Assembly (NCBI GenBank): GCA_002633005.1
Contig: NMRA01000412.1
Coordinates: 315,405-379,404 of the forward strand
DNA length: 64,000 bases
Reading direction: 5' to 3'
Source: Phoronis australis
Taxonomy: Eukaryota > Animalia > Phoronida
This document shows, piece by piece, positions 37,332 to 52,300 of the stretch (position 1 is the stretch's first letter; each line of letters starts with the position of its first letter). A model generated the notes under the pieces. It did not search any database. It saw only the letters and a program-made list of their open reading frames with translations, and had not been told where the DNA came from. A program made the position numbers and the translations under genes.

Positions 37332-40300
37332 ATGGTGAGAGTCTTACCTTGTATTTCACTTAACCCGTCTTGAAACAAATGTAAGCAATGGGTGTCTGGG
37401 GTCAAAGGGTTGAGTAAAAAACAGATTCAAACAAAATGTGGACAGCGTAAAATAATAAGTTAACGTAAATAGCCGGCCTAACGTAAAATAAGTCACTTTC
37501 GGTACCTGTTCAATTTTTATGACAATTTCCACTTGCTTGAATGGGAAACTTCGCATTGTGCTTGTTGGTAAGCGTTGACATTCAGTACAACGTATTAACT
37601 TTACAGGGTGTAGAAACAAAGTCACTTCTTTCTGTGACCAGAGCAGCTCTTCTCCTGTTTACTGCGGTTTCCTTGGCAACTGGATACGAGAGAAATGCTT
37701 ATAGTCTCGTGGACAACAAATACGGAGACCTGCTCATCGCAATATCTGACGAAGTTCCGGAAGATTTAAATCTCATACAAAAGATAAAGGTATGAATGAC
37801 GTAAATTGTGGAATTTTAACTCTTAAATGTGTTTTAATTCTCCCTCAATAAATGTGAGATAATAACAAGGGGTAGGGGAGAAAAAAAATTAAAACTTGAA
37901 GTTGATGAATCGTTGATCTTGCCATTTTGATTGCCCTGAAATACTTTGAAATTAAAGTGAGATTTCAGGAGTTTTCAAGAGGATTTGAATTTGTCCATAA
38001 ACACTTAATCGGACCTTTGTGTTCCTAGTTTGTAAGCTGGCATGCACTAAACGTATTGACAACTGGACTGTGCTGTTCTATGTTGAGAAGGTCAGTTGTC
38101 GTGTTGCTTCCTCCGCAACTTTTAGGTCTTTTCATCGACATCTGCCACCTGATAACCACTTTACATTACAAGTGGCGCATATTAGAGAGGTTTTGCGACG
38201 TGAAAGTGAATTATGACGGATACGTAATTGCGCATGCTGATTCACGTTACAGTAACACATATGGGTTTCGTAACAGCTAAATTTTTGCACAAACGTGAAA
38301 GTAAACGTGAACTGAATAACTGAGCTCAGAGTGTCCAGTTATCGTAGTACATATTCGCTAGATAGAAATATATGTTGAATGTGAAAAAAGCCTTTTGTAT
38401 GAACTACGAAAAATTGTCAAATTTTATAAAGCGAAATTTATTTGGAGTTTAAAATAAATATATGCATGTACATGTAAATTAAGCATGTAAAAATAAACAC
38501 AAAATCATGTTTCTTAAAAATCCGTTTTAGCTCGATGGTATCCAGCGAACCCCGGCAGAATAAGGATTCTGGAAAATATGCAATCTTGCAACTAAACTTT
38601 AAGAACGTTTATAGGCAAAAGAATCGTGTTCATTTTATACTGATGCAAAGAAAAGGATTGACAACTCCATCAAAATAAAATGTGTTTCGTTATCTTACCG
38701 AAGAAAAATTAAAAAGAACCCCAAATTCGCGTGTAAAGAAACGCGAATCTCTCTGTACTCTGACACTCAAACACCATCGGGGTTACGTCACACCCAACAA
38801 TGTCATGTGTGACGCGGTATTATAAATGCATGATAATTCACGTTTACGTCGCTTTGCGAAACCTCCCTATTGTCTTAAACATGTACTACATTTCCAAAGA
38901 GAAGAGGCACGCACCTTGTTTCATTTAAGTGAAATAAAAATGCTAGTCATATTTCACATTTATATCAAGTGGAAAGTACATGGGTGCTGGCAAATTCTTG
39001 TCGCCCCACACGCTAGTCTCAATGAACTCGTGATGAACAAGGTGGTGACACGCGTTAGTTGTTGGTTTATGGTCAGGGGACAAATATCGTTGAGACTCAA
39101 CTATTTAAGGTGTACCCACGGGAAACTAAGTAGCAAGCTCTTCGAGGCGTATCCATTGTTCACTTTGTTTATCTTTTTACAATCGAGATAATGGTAAGCA
39201 TTTATCAATAACCAACTGCTGTTCGCCCAAGGTGCGATATCCATGCGACCTGTACATGTATCGTTTCATGTATATCCAACAAGGAACTAACAAAGGAAAA
39301 CAACGGTAGTGCCCCATAGCCGATAACCATGCTACGCGCTTACGCCCGTCGCATGGATCTCGCAAATAAACAATGCATTGCGACCTCCATACGACGTCAT
39401 TTGGCTTTGAGTCAATCCAAATCATTTTTGATTAATAATTGCAATGGAGTTTTAAGGAAAATAAAGCTATATCACGTCACTTGCTCTCCAAATAATTATT
39501 GTGTCATTTTCATTACTGCAGTTTGGATTCTCTGTCTGATGATTGCACTCTTGTGTACTATATTTGCAACTAGAAGTACACTGACACGTTTCCATTTATT
39601 GTAGAGCGCATTCACGTTATTCTCCCGGGATTTGTTTGCCGCGACAAGACGCCGAGCTTTTCTGGGAAACGCTACTATTTTAGTTCCAAAATCTTGGTCA
39701 ACAAACACTGATTGGGAAAAGTCAACTTTGGAATCGTTTAACAGGTACTGTGGCGTCAATGGCGTCATTTGGATAGTTGAACATTTTTGTAGCATTTGAA
39801 GACAATAGTGTTATAATATTATACAGTATGTTATTACCACAGCATATAACTTATGCGTGTACTACAAAAAACGTCCCGACAACTATTTACAGAATCAGAT
39901 CACATGTTTCCATGCTTCAAAACCAATTTTCTTAACATCTCAAGTACCATAAATAAAACGCACTATGTTTTCAGAGCAAACGTAATAGTTGATAAAGCCA
40001 ACCCACGCGCTCAAGACAACCCTTACGTGAATCAGCCGGGGAAATGTGGCGAGCCAGGAAGCTACATGCACCTCACGCCGCGCTACCTGACGGACAGACG
40101 ACTTGCCAGGCTGTGGGGGCCTACAGGTACATGTACACAATGTCGTGACTGAAAATGTCGAAGTCTAGCGGGAGAAAACTATGCTGCAGGTTAAGTAATA
40201 GTTTATGTTCTAACGTTCTGAACTAAAAATTTCAAAATCTGGCGTCATTTCAAAGTGACCCAATAGCATTCACATTACCCCCGACGGCGTAATTGTCCGT

Positions 40301-43300
40301 GACGACCTCGCCTACAACTATCAGTAAACAATGACGTGGTACGAGGCACATGCAAACTATGGTGCAAGGCATGTTGCGACAAGGTTCACATTTCGGTAAT
40401 TAGACTCTGCTAAACCTGAGCAGTAGTAAAGTGCATGGATATTGTTTACGCAGGTGTAACGACACAGATTTGTGACTTTATACACACCAACTTGTGCTAG
40501 TGAATAAGAAGCCCCTTTCTTATATGATAGACCTGTTTCTGGAAGAGCCTATTGGCTTTTGTCTCTTGACTTTCGGTTGAAAAACAATCTATGGGTGGCT
40601 TAGCGTGTTTCATAAAAACAAGCGAAGGTTGAAAGTTTAGAACACGGAGTCAAAAAAACAAATATGTCAGTTTGCTCAATTACAAACAGGACAAAACGTT
40701 CATCACTATGAGGTTGTCTGTGGTCTAACGGTCCCACGTAACTACCGCATTTCTTCAGGTCGCACTTGTGCCATCTAGAAAAATGGAAATCTATCATTGC
40801 GGACGCTGCATAAATTGTCACTGTTAATAACATAATATTTTGTTTGTTAAATTATTTTGTACCTGTTAGTATGGTGATATTTCAAATAGGGGACATCACT
40901 GTGTCGCGTACATACATGTGGCTCGTGACTGGTGCAGTAACATGTGCATTGCTGTCTGAAGAACGGGGGCAGAGGCTATCGCTCGCTTCAGTCTATGATG
41001 ATTTCCCTTGATTCCCCTAAGCATTGTTTCATGACGCAAACCAAAATGAGGGAGGCTATTTAAGATGGCGTTTAATGCACGAGTGACAAGAGCGTGGAAC
41101 GCAATAGCTTGGATTCTGCCAACAGCCCCAAGCAATACAAAGCCTAGTAATTATCCAAGGCTTAGTCACGAGGCGACAAAAGTGAATGCCATTTTTTTCG
41201 CAGCTTGAATCGGTAATAATTCTTGCCTTTGGACTTAATACAAAAAGCAATCATGTCCAGTTGTTTCTTTAGCTATATATCTGCACCATGAACTTATCCA
41301 GGAAAAACGATTCTTCACGAATTTGGACATCTTCGTTGGGGATTTTTCGACGAGTATCCAATACCGGATGAAGGCTACCGAAAGTTCTACCATTCCGTTG
41401 GCGAAGACGGGAAAGTTGACATCGAGCCGGTCAGGTGTTCAAAAAAGGTCAGTAGTTCTTCAGTTTCTCTAATCTTTGAGGGACGATTATGTCGATTCAA
41501 GATCAGAGCACAGAAGTCAGAAGTATCTCTCCGTGCATAATCTAAGATGAACAACTTTTAACCACATTAAAGCAAATCTCCAGGGCACTTCCAATTAAAG
41601 TCGTACTTTGTTGATAATAACCGAAATTTTGGTTGCTGCAAAGCTGCCTACATTGTATATTATAGTGATCTTGACTTTGTCGCCAGACTTGACGGAGTGG
41701 TCTTTAAATAGCAAAGAAGGATATTTGAAACATCAATGTTTCAATCATTGGTATGAATCTAAATTTCTAAAACCATTTATTTTTTTCATGATTTACATGT
41801 ACTGAGGTTCATGGCGAACAGTTATAATCAATTATACAAGTCAAAAGCATTGAAACCAACGAGTTCAATCATCTTTTAGGTTTATGGTGAATTGAAACAC
41901 GAGGAAACCGGTGCAAAGTGCAAGACAGACCCCACGACGTCACTTCCGGAGAAGAAGTGCACCTTTTACCCGCCAAGGGATAAGAGTAAATCTCCTGCCA
42001 AAGGTTCTCTGATGTTCTGGCATTTTATGACCTATGTAAGTGCACCATAAACCTTCAAAGTAAAAAAGATAACCGTTTTAACCAATTTAACAACTTGCTG
42101 ATCTTTTCTTAAGATACTGCTTTCCCATTATTCAGGCGTGGTTGCTCCATGTATAACTGTACTCTACTTCACTTCTACTTCTTGAATAGCAATGTCTGAG
42201 AGCACCTATGGGCGGTTCTACATTTTCTTAAGCCGTCATAAGTTTTCCCTAAACTTTATTAGGGCTTGAGCTACCCCTAGATATGCAGTTAATCACCATT
42301 GATTCTTCTGGCTGAAGCCTCGTTTTTGTTTTAATCTTGACTTTTTTGAAAACGGCCTTTTCAACACTTATTTCACTACAAAAAAATTCAAAATCATTGA
42401 CTAATCTTAAAAGTCGGGGGGGCGACTTTGGTCCAAAAACACGATTATGCTCATAAGGCGAGTCCTGCGTGTTACCCAGATCCGTGCCTAGAATACACTA
42501 TATCAGAATATAGCATATGAGTTGAAAACATACATGTATAACTTTTACCTACCAGCAGGTTTGGGTTTGGGTTATGAAATCGTCTCTTATACGTTTGCGA
42601 TTTTTTGTACGCAATGTTAGCTGGAGAGGCCACACAGAAAAGACCGTGACTACATAAACTAATCTTTGCCACTTATTATATTTTTTTCTGGATAAGCATG
42701 AACGTCTGACGACCCAGGGAGTGCAACAATTAGAGAAAGCAACCCCCCAGTTGCATGTAGCTGGCTACGAGCCTTCTCGTATCACCGGCACAAATCTATG
42801 CTCTGGATTGTGCACGTCTATTTTCGTTATCACTAAAGATCAACTATAGTAGAAAGAGAAATGTCTATTTGTTTTTGTTCGCACAGACTGATAGTTTCTG
42901 TGACAACGACACTTCGGACAACCTGACGTTACACAATGACGAGGCACCTAACAAGCATAACAGACTGTGTGAGGGGAGAAGTCAGTGGGAGATCATGAGA
43001 GATCACGTAGACTTCAGAGGTAAAGATTGAATTTTCGTAAAATTCTTTAACTGGTGAGCCTGCTTTAATCCGTCAAGTAAACTCGTTCCAGTATTTACTT
43101 TTAAAGGTGGCTAATCAAATAAAACTTAAGGACGTGTCATAATCAATAACAGTGTGTTTTTTGAAAGTTGAACTTTTTATTTGAAGGCACGTTTCGACTA
43201 CTTCACTCTTTATTGATAAGTTTGAAGGCACTTGTGTTGAATAGTGATAGAGACGCCAGGAACTTTAGTTACAGAGCTCCACGTACAAGGAAGTACAGAT

Positions 43301-46300
43301 GCTATGGCATGCTAAATAAAAATTTAAAATAGCAACCAGTATAAGTAAACTGTGTGAATAACTATTTATAATATTTTACTAGTGATAAGCCCACGAGTGG
43401 GCAGTGTTTTATGATATAAGGACCACCTTAGACGGAGAGCTAAGAGCCCCAGATGGCTACACTCCGCTTTGTGGCGCAAAAAACGACAGCAGTATCTGCT
43501 AGTTTATTCAACTATTCATGCCATGACATAAGCTTTGAGAGTTGAGCTAACTTGCACTTTGTGCAGCCAGGTGAGCTACTAGAGCTCCGTCTACGCTTGT
43601 GCTGACCCGTAATACAAATGTACATGTATGTTGACTGAAAGGGTTTGACTGCTGTGGTCACTAGATGGGCCTGGCCAGGTTTTTTCGACAAGTGCTCGTC
43701 GTGGTCCATTAAGGTGTGACCGATTGACTTTTCTGGACCACCCCAAATGCATAGTTCAAATTTAGTTCTTCGATAAGAATCAACTTTAACCACAGAACTT
43801 AAAAAATGTGCCACTTTTTAAAAAGGGACAAGCGTTAGCAGAAACGTTCAATCGAAAGACACTAATACCCGGTAGTTTGTTTTACTGGTTACAAGACCAA
43901 AGCATGTTTATGCCCGCAGGAAGAGCACTCAGTCGAGACAGGTGTCATTTTTGTAGCTGTAACTATTCATAAAAATTACAGCTCATATCAGTCTTATCAT
44001 AGAATTTGTGAATCATTTTGAATTTTGTGTAGTTCTACGCTCGGAGGTCGTAGTACATGTATTGATATCGTTACTCTGCGCGTGTAACGGCAGTGTGTGG
44101 TCTGTCCTGGGAATTAATTTATCATTCTCATCTCCGACCAATTTTGAGGTCTAATAACTCCTTAGGTGTCAAAGAGACAAAAGTAAAAGTTGACACCCAT
44201 ATCTACACCGCTCATCAATTTTATTTCATTGTATTTCCGTTACCAGTGATCTCCCATTAAACATCAAACATAAATAATTTTCAAAATCACCTCTCCTCCC
44301 GGACAATGTTTGAGCTAGTGTTTTACTGTTCATACCTGTAGTTATATACAGCTAAACATATGATCCCTTAGGCTATTATCTTTCTAAAAAAACAAGTAAA
44401 GTAAAGCTAAATTAATACCAAAAACGGAAGGGAGGTCAAAATACACCATATTTTTAGTTGGATTCTACAACACTTTTCGAGTACTTATAGATATTTGTAT
44501 TCTTCAATAAGCTAGATACATGTATCAAATAACCCATCACACAACATCACAAAACAAAAATCTCTGTTTCAAAAGCTACACATTTGACGTTGGCATACTA
44601 GGCACATATATGGCTAAAGGTGATTTTCGTTTTGAAGTTTTGTACCTAGAAGCAACATTTAGCTAAAACGTAACAATTTCAGGAGAAGACACTTGTTTGT
44701 TCCTCCAATGACATTGCATCTCCTGTCCAGGACGTGTACCCTTTCTGAAAACATATCGTTAGCCATAAGGTACGCACAGGTGTAGATGGTCAATGGGTTT
44801 GTGTGGAAGAGGCAGGGAACGCGAGAACTCGTAAATTACCTTTCAAACAGATCGTGTCGAGTCTTCTTCTTAGAGAATCTAATGTGAGAGTTATCCACTT
44901 TGAATATTGCTAGAATTTTTTAGAAACAAATCGCCAGATTCTCTATTTTTGAAACAAAGACGAAATATAAACTGTTTTATCCCATTACAGTTTCAAATTC
45001 TTCGCCTCTAATGATACACAAATTTTAATTAGCCGGACTGGATGCTGCTTGAAATCGTCATTGTTTTGCTTACATGAAAGGTCAACGGTCATATTTTCCA
45101 TATAAGGGAAATGTAGCCTACCAAATGAGAACACGTGCTTTGTCTTGAGGAAAAAATCTACGAAGTGACGAGCTGTTGGCAGACATTTGTTTGTAATTTT
45201 TAAACAAAAGGAACGATTATTTGACATCAACAGAAATTCAAACAAACTGTAAAAACCGACTAACTTATGTTTCAGTGGCAGAGAACTAGTTTGATTAATT
45301 GTAGTAGCTTAGTCTATTTTACGCGTTCAAGTTTTATTTAAATAATTATTTGTTAGACTACACCAAACAGTTGTAGGATTTCCTCCTTTAAAATATAGCT
45401 ATTCTTACAGAGCTGTTTCATTTTGGGGATTAAAAATCAACTTATTAACCAATTGTTAATACTTGTCTTACATGCATACATGTAATTCATAGAAAAAGGC
45501 TATGTTCGGACGTTCGATCGTACGTTGATCGCTCGCTTGGTCAGACATTTGCCATTTCTTTACCCAAAATAAACGTGGCTTTTTAAATGTTTGGTGACGT
45601 GCTGGCGGCGCTGTGGTAAAGTAGAGGTTTGCTAACACGAAGGTCCTGAGTAACGATGAGCTGTGCATTATTTCACAAAAAGTTGCTCAAGTAAATCAAA
45701 CCCCGTTACCATTACCGTAGCATACATTGTATGTCAATATGAAAGTGTGAGTGGTCAATATGAGGAATCATTGACTCCAAAATATGGGTTCGTAACTTCT
45801 TAATTGGTCCAAATGATATAATAGTCTATAATACTTTAATAGTGCATGGTGACTCCCCAGTCAGTCACATTAATAATAAATGGACAGTGTCGGTTTTTAA
45901 ACGACAAAATGCATTATTGAGGACATTTATTGGATTGAAAAGTCTTATAGAATTAGTCATTAGCTTTAACCAAAGAGGTAAAACAACAGAAGTCGTGTTT
46001 TGTCATTTTATTGCAAGTCTCCAATTCTTGCTGTCATGTGCCAAGCAGTCACCGAAATCAGTCCCGTGGACTCCACCATTTAAGAACGCTTCAAGCGTAC
46101 ATGTATTAAAAAACACCACATGTACATGTACGTCATTTATCGAGTAGCTTTAGCAGCATAATGTTAGATTCGACCGTGGGGGTTCAAAGCTCGATTCCAC
46201 GGTGAGGCTGATGTCAGATAAACATATTTATTCCCGATAGTTTCCTTTGAAACAGTAAGTTAAATGAATTAGGAATTTGTCTAAACATTCCAATGTATCT

Positions 46301-49300
46301 TCAAAACTACATTCCATCAAGAGTGCGCTCCAAAACCAAATAATCACGCAAGTTTGAAGTCAACGGAATATCGACACCCATCTTCAGTTACTTTCAATTT
46401 CAATAAAATTAACGTTTAATTTTTATTTCATTTAAAACTCTATCCAATCAAATAACATGAAATAATCAATTAAAAGCTAGTTCGCTTCTGTTTTGCTTCC
46501 AGGTGCAAGTTTTGGCCAAAAACATCTATTCAATAATCATCAATATTCCGTTCAGTGTCACTAAACACTGACGATGTCCTTTATTCCAGCCCACAAGCAT
46601 ATTAAGCCCAACACTAAACAAAATCGGGGTACCACTCAAAAATGAAAGGCGCTGCTTGTGACTTTGATAATAAATTTGTAACAATCGAAATCTACTTCCA
46701 GGTAACAATAACCCGCCCATAAACGACTTTTTACCAGTTGATACGACTCCAAACTTCCGAATTGTACAAAAAGGAGAAACGCGATTGGTCTTCGTAATTG
46801 ATGTCAGCGGAAGTATGAATGTAAGTTTCACTTGACGTTTCCTTTTCTAACTCAGTGGCGACGAGCTTTCCTTTCTGGTTACACTGTAATGACCTAACTA
46901 AAAGAAGATTACTGTCCTAATACGTCATAGATATATTGCAAAATTTGCTTTGAGTGCGCGTATCTAGCTTTGTGACACTCATTCATAAAGTGTTCGTCTT
47001 GGCCTTTGTCGCCACTCATGGCTAGACGATGACCATTCACAATGCGACGACGATAAGATATTGTGAAGTGATGACTACCACATCTACATGGATGGTTACA
47101 CAAGTTTTCTTGTCGTGTTGTTAACAGAACAGATTCTTGGCACTCATTGCATTACTTTGAAATTTACTTTTGGACAGACAAACAGAAGACTCGTTAAGGC
47201 CACTCAAGCCGCCATCGAGGCCATACGGGATGGGTTGGAGTCAAGCGCATATGTCGCCTTGGTTGAATTTGAAAGCACAGCAAGAATGGTCCATCCTATG
47301 GTCAGAGTGACCAATAGTAGCCGGCAGTCACTTATCGCAGCTCTTAGCAAAATGACAGCGGGCGGTGGCACAGGAATTGGACTTGGTTTACGAGAAGCCA
47401 AGAAGGTAATCTTTTAGACCGTCATTTGTTTGATATGACGAGGACTGCTCAATGCGCTGCTAGTGACAAACATCGGATATAGCACGAGTGCAGTGCAAAG
47501 ACATGAGCAGCATTTACACTTATTAGAACACATTTTCCGTCTTCCCAGCGTTGCCTTTCGGATGCTTAGTCGTGACATACATGTAACTGTCTTATTTTCA
47601 CAGAACGCTGGGCCTATACACATGTACGTCTTGAATCATTTCAGGCTAAAACCGTAATTCCACTTAAGAGACCCTGTCAAAAGAATGAAGGATGGGTGAA
47701 AAGTATTTGAGATTGAAGAGCGTTATAATTGGATGTGTAAATGTTGTGGACACTTGTATTATTTTGGTTGATTACGATACAGAGTGAACTCCGCACTTTT
47801 GAACTTAGGCCTAGGTGTATGTTAAGCAATGAAACTAAAAGTTAGGATACTGGAGTAGGAAGTCGGGACCATGCATGCGTAGCATAGGAGAAGGAAGACG
47901 GGAACTTTCTGACTGAAGTTAAGATTAAAGACAGCGCACAATGCTACCAAACGGAGGGGTGGATGCGGAGGGGAATAAAAATGGCGTCATGTTTCAGTGA
48001 CACTGAGTTTATGGCGTAGCTAGATGTATTTAACAGGAAGGGCCAAACACAAAACTGTTGGACCGAGAGAGGGGGACTTTACATGGAATGGTTTTAGCAT
48101 TGATTTTCTCACCATATTATAAAGTTCTATGGTCCTAGCTAGCCAATGCTGTTTACGACATTGTCTAATGCGGTTTAAGTTGATTTGCAAACAATAAGAA
48201 AAATAATTTAAATACCTTATATCCCAAAGGCTATCCATCATGTACTTGCTTACATGTATTTTCGGTTATAAGACACCGGTTGCTCTTATATCCGGAAACC
48301 TACATTTCAAAATGATCCCGTGAGATGAAGCGCATCCATGTACCCCATAAAGCTTCACATAGATACCGGTCTTTAACAGAAGCGGGGGTATCGGTACTCT
48401 GAAACTAAAAAAACGTCAGGTTTTCAATATCGAAGCCAGGTCTCCAATAAACACAGGGTCTCATGTCTTTAGCCTTATCTGCCATTCTCTTTGGATGCTT
48501 ACAGCAACTGGCGTGGTGAAGAGTAGGCCTACCAAAAACTAAAGAATGGAACGCTTATAACATTTTGTTAAAATTATATCGTGCTTAAGATGCTTGTGAT
48601 AACGTGTTGCGAACTTGAAGGGGAAGATTAGCAAAAACGATTTTTTTGTTGTATTGTTTCATAGTTTTGGTCGGTATACATGTAGCTATCTCTATATTAA
48701 ACGAAGCTTTGCGGCTTGCTGAATGTTGCAATATTTGTAACAAAGCACATGGATATTATAAAACCTAATTATCAATTCGTGTATCAACGAACACGTCAGA
48801 GGATCCTAGGGCCAATAAATCGTGCCCCAGGGTGCAATGAATTCGTTTACCGGTGGCTTGGCCTGTGTCACGAAACCAAGCCAAGGCTTAAAGTCAGAAA
48901 ATCTGTCTACAACTCAAAGCCAAACGACAAAAAAATCTTAGCCTTCTCTGGGACAGACTGAAAGCAAAAGCTAAAAGGAAAAATGAACATGTGGCTACGA
49001 ACTTTTCGAGAAACAGGCACCCGATCACTGCAGAAGGAGCTAAAATCGACGTTGTCGGCTGTCGTGGAGAGGCCGTTCTCCATTCAGGATTATTTTTTTC
49101 ACATTCTGACTGATTTTGAACGATGATCCATGCAACATCCGACGCCACATTTGGAGTTACGCTAGTCTTTTATGTTTGCTCGGCTAGCATGTGTTGACAC
49201 CACCAGCAGAAGGTGCAACTTCACCTACTGTAGTCATTTAGATGCAGTTTGGTATCAATATATGCAGTTCCGTACAGTACCAAATGAATGCAAAGGTTGG

Positions 49301-52300
49301 CCGTGATAGAAAAGTAAGCAAGCGCATTGAAAAATCGTGATTGAAAAAACGAAGCTTGAACTTCTACCAATGCGTCACCGTCTTGTTAATGGCGAGCGCA
49401 AATCGAATAGCTACTTCAATTTAAAACAGAACAGTAGAAATCTACCATTAGGTGAGAGTTTGCCCGCTAATAAAAGTTCTCACTACCTACATGTATTTCC
49501 CGTAACTAGAGCCCCTCGTGGGTTTGCAGCAATCACTATAGCCCCGCTCGGGTTCTAAGGGTAAGTATGGGAAATGAACAGCTTCCACATGTGATAATCT
49601 ACATGTATTCTTACACTTTAAAGCTACTTTTTGCCCTGTCTCTCTGGATTAAACGGAAATATAATAACGCCTTTTGCGTTTATCAAATCGGTATCATGGT
49701 ATTCCGTGTCATGATAATGTTCTATTTTGGCGTTTCCAATGAGAAAATCGAAACTATCAGTCTCAAGAAAATGGTTCAGAATTTATATGGGTTGGTGAAC
49801 CTTAAATTTGCTAATTCAAAAATGACGCTTGCACGCATTTCGCTTTTCGTTTGATAGAGATTAAAATATGCAAAACTGTGCAAATTAAATGTTCCGTTGC
49901 TAAGTGACTACTCTACAGTACATGTACGTATTTACAGCCAACACAAGAAGCATGATTACAATAAATTGTGCTATTATTTTACCGAACCCCTCTTTTACAG
50001 GTTTTTGAGAGCAACGGCGGTACACGGGGAGGGAAAGTCATTCTGCTGTCCGATGGAGAAGAGAACCGGACACCAAGATATGACAAGGTTTTACCGGAGA
50101 TGATAGCTGCAGGTATCCTGGTCGATACCATCCTGTTGACGAAGAACGCTGATCCTGGATTGATCTCACTAGCGTCACAGTCTGGCGGCAATTCCTTTTT
50201 CACAACAGACTCGGACACAAGCACCAGTCTGGTGGATTCCTTCACAAAAGCTGTGACAGAGGAATCCAAGGAGTCAATTTTCGTGAAGGTACATACATCT
50301 GAATAGGCAGACACATATTCTATGCCGTGGACGCCACAGGCGTAAACATGCGTTAGTGTGAAACCACATATAAGTTACTCATTTCAAAATATAGCGTATA
50401 TCACTTAATGAAACACACACACACATGTATACATGTATACTCTTTGAGTCATATTAAACATATACCATGACTCTGGAAACAATTTAGTCGACATAAATTA
50501 AACATGTCGTGAAAATCTGTCGAAGTGCACCCAAGCTTCACTCAACGGATGCCATTTTGATGAAATTATGCTAAATTACTCCAGTTCACGAACAAAAAGT
50601 CCAAGGGATACACGCCTTACCAATTCCACTTACATCTTCACATGTTGCTCATTACAGCGATATAGACTAAGAAAAAGGCGCCATAGAAAGTCAGCGCTTT
50701 TAACTGGCAATTTTAATTGTAAGATATCCTTTTGAAGAGGTGAAAACCCCTTTGGTGACCGGATTTCGGCTACTACCTGTTTAAAATACAGGATATGAGA
50801 TTACTACAGAAACCGATAGGAAGTGTTGTAGCCCTGTATAGCCAGCCGAGCTAGGGCTACTTGTTGTATAGCCAGTCGATCTAGGGGCCACATGTTGTAT
50901 AGCCAGTCGAGCTAGGGGCTACATGTTGCCTTAAAAGCGTTCTAGTTTTCATTTTGCATGCCTTGGTTTAAAGCAGAAAATTTAGAAGCTTTTATTGGTA
51001 AGTATAGTAGTTTTTCAGGCAACTCACAAGTTCTCGCTTTTCACAAATATATCCTAATAATGCCCAACTTTATAAACCACAATTCCGCCTTTCAAGTTTT
51101 GTATTCATTTGAGATTGCTTGAATCTTACTTGGTAAGCGAGACTTGAAGCCAACGCTGTGCAATGTCAGACACAAGATCTGATCGAGAACTTCATTCATG
51201 AACGTACAGTGTGAGTGTAAAAATCGTCTATTTGCCTGTAATGATACAAATTCGTCGACCTTTGACCCATCTGCGACTTTTGATCTCCCTGTTCTGGTAA
51301 TTGCACTTTGGTTCACGTGTGAGCAACTTCATAAACTGCCTTTTTTCCAGCTTCTAAAAAACAAAGACCTTTTCCACAACGAACAAGAAACAATGAGCGA
51401 ACCCTAGTGTTGGCCAATGCAAATTATATGTAAGGGTTTTCAAAAGCTATTTTATCTTCATTAAACCTATAACATATTTTTGGTTTTAATAAACACCAAG
51501 AGTACTAACTCAACATTGAATTCTCTATAATGGCGAGAGTAAGCAGAGACCTTTTCACGCAGCTCCCTAATTAAAGGAACAAGTCGCTGCATATCTTAAT
51601 TGATAGAATGGGTGTTTCCAGATTAAAAGCAGATAATACCATTTGTAAAAATACTCATAAAAAGACAATGCCAAGGTGATAGACAAACGTAATACTTGTT
51701 AGTAAACACAGGTGCTACAAAGACTTTGGGAACTTAGTCGAGTACCTATTTGGCATGTTTCCTTGCAACAGGCAACTAGTGCCATAGGTGGATGGCCTAG
51801 CATTTTAACCATCCGCATGTTTTAAATGGTGAATGGACTGCTTTTCATACTACTGTGCCTACGCCGTCGTTCCATTCTAACTCATAGGTGTTTGGCGACA
51901 CTATAACGGTGAACTCAAGCAGAACCTATTCTCAACAAGTTTTCATTGATGACGAACTTGGCAAGAATACAGAGTTTGTGGTCACAGCAGTGTCGGCCGA
52001 CACATCTCTACTTGACGTGCGTCTGGAGACGCCATCGCGAAAACATGAGCCTGTTCCTGCTTTTGACTCTTCAAAAACTATCAGAGTTTCCATTCCAAAC
52101 ATTGCTGAGCCAGGACCCTGGAACCTCACTGTTAAGTCCAAGGCCCAGAAAAGTCAAGTGTTACAAATATCGGTTACATCGAGATCGAAGTCCCCGGACG
52201 TTAAGCCAATCACCCTAACATCGGAGATTGGGCAAGACAAAGTCGATTTTAACGGTAAGACCTAGGAACTAATTCAGCACGTACAGTACATATAGATTTC

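Noticed and set aside
46145-46225. Small hairpin ACCGTGG..CCACGGT with GGTTCAAA, as a possible ncRNA
   Set aside because: No cloverleaf or snoRNA box arrangement can be supported from the sequence alone.
1960-52218. Numerous antisense or alternative-frame ORFs overlapping CLCA exons (e.g. 1960-2223, 8991-9419, 19696-19893, 49979-50314)
   Set aside because: Shadow ORFs of real coding exons, with no independent evidence.
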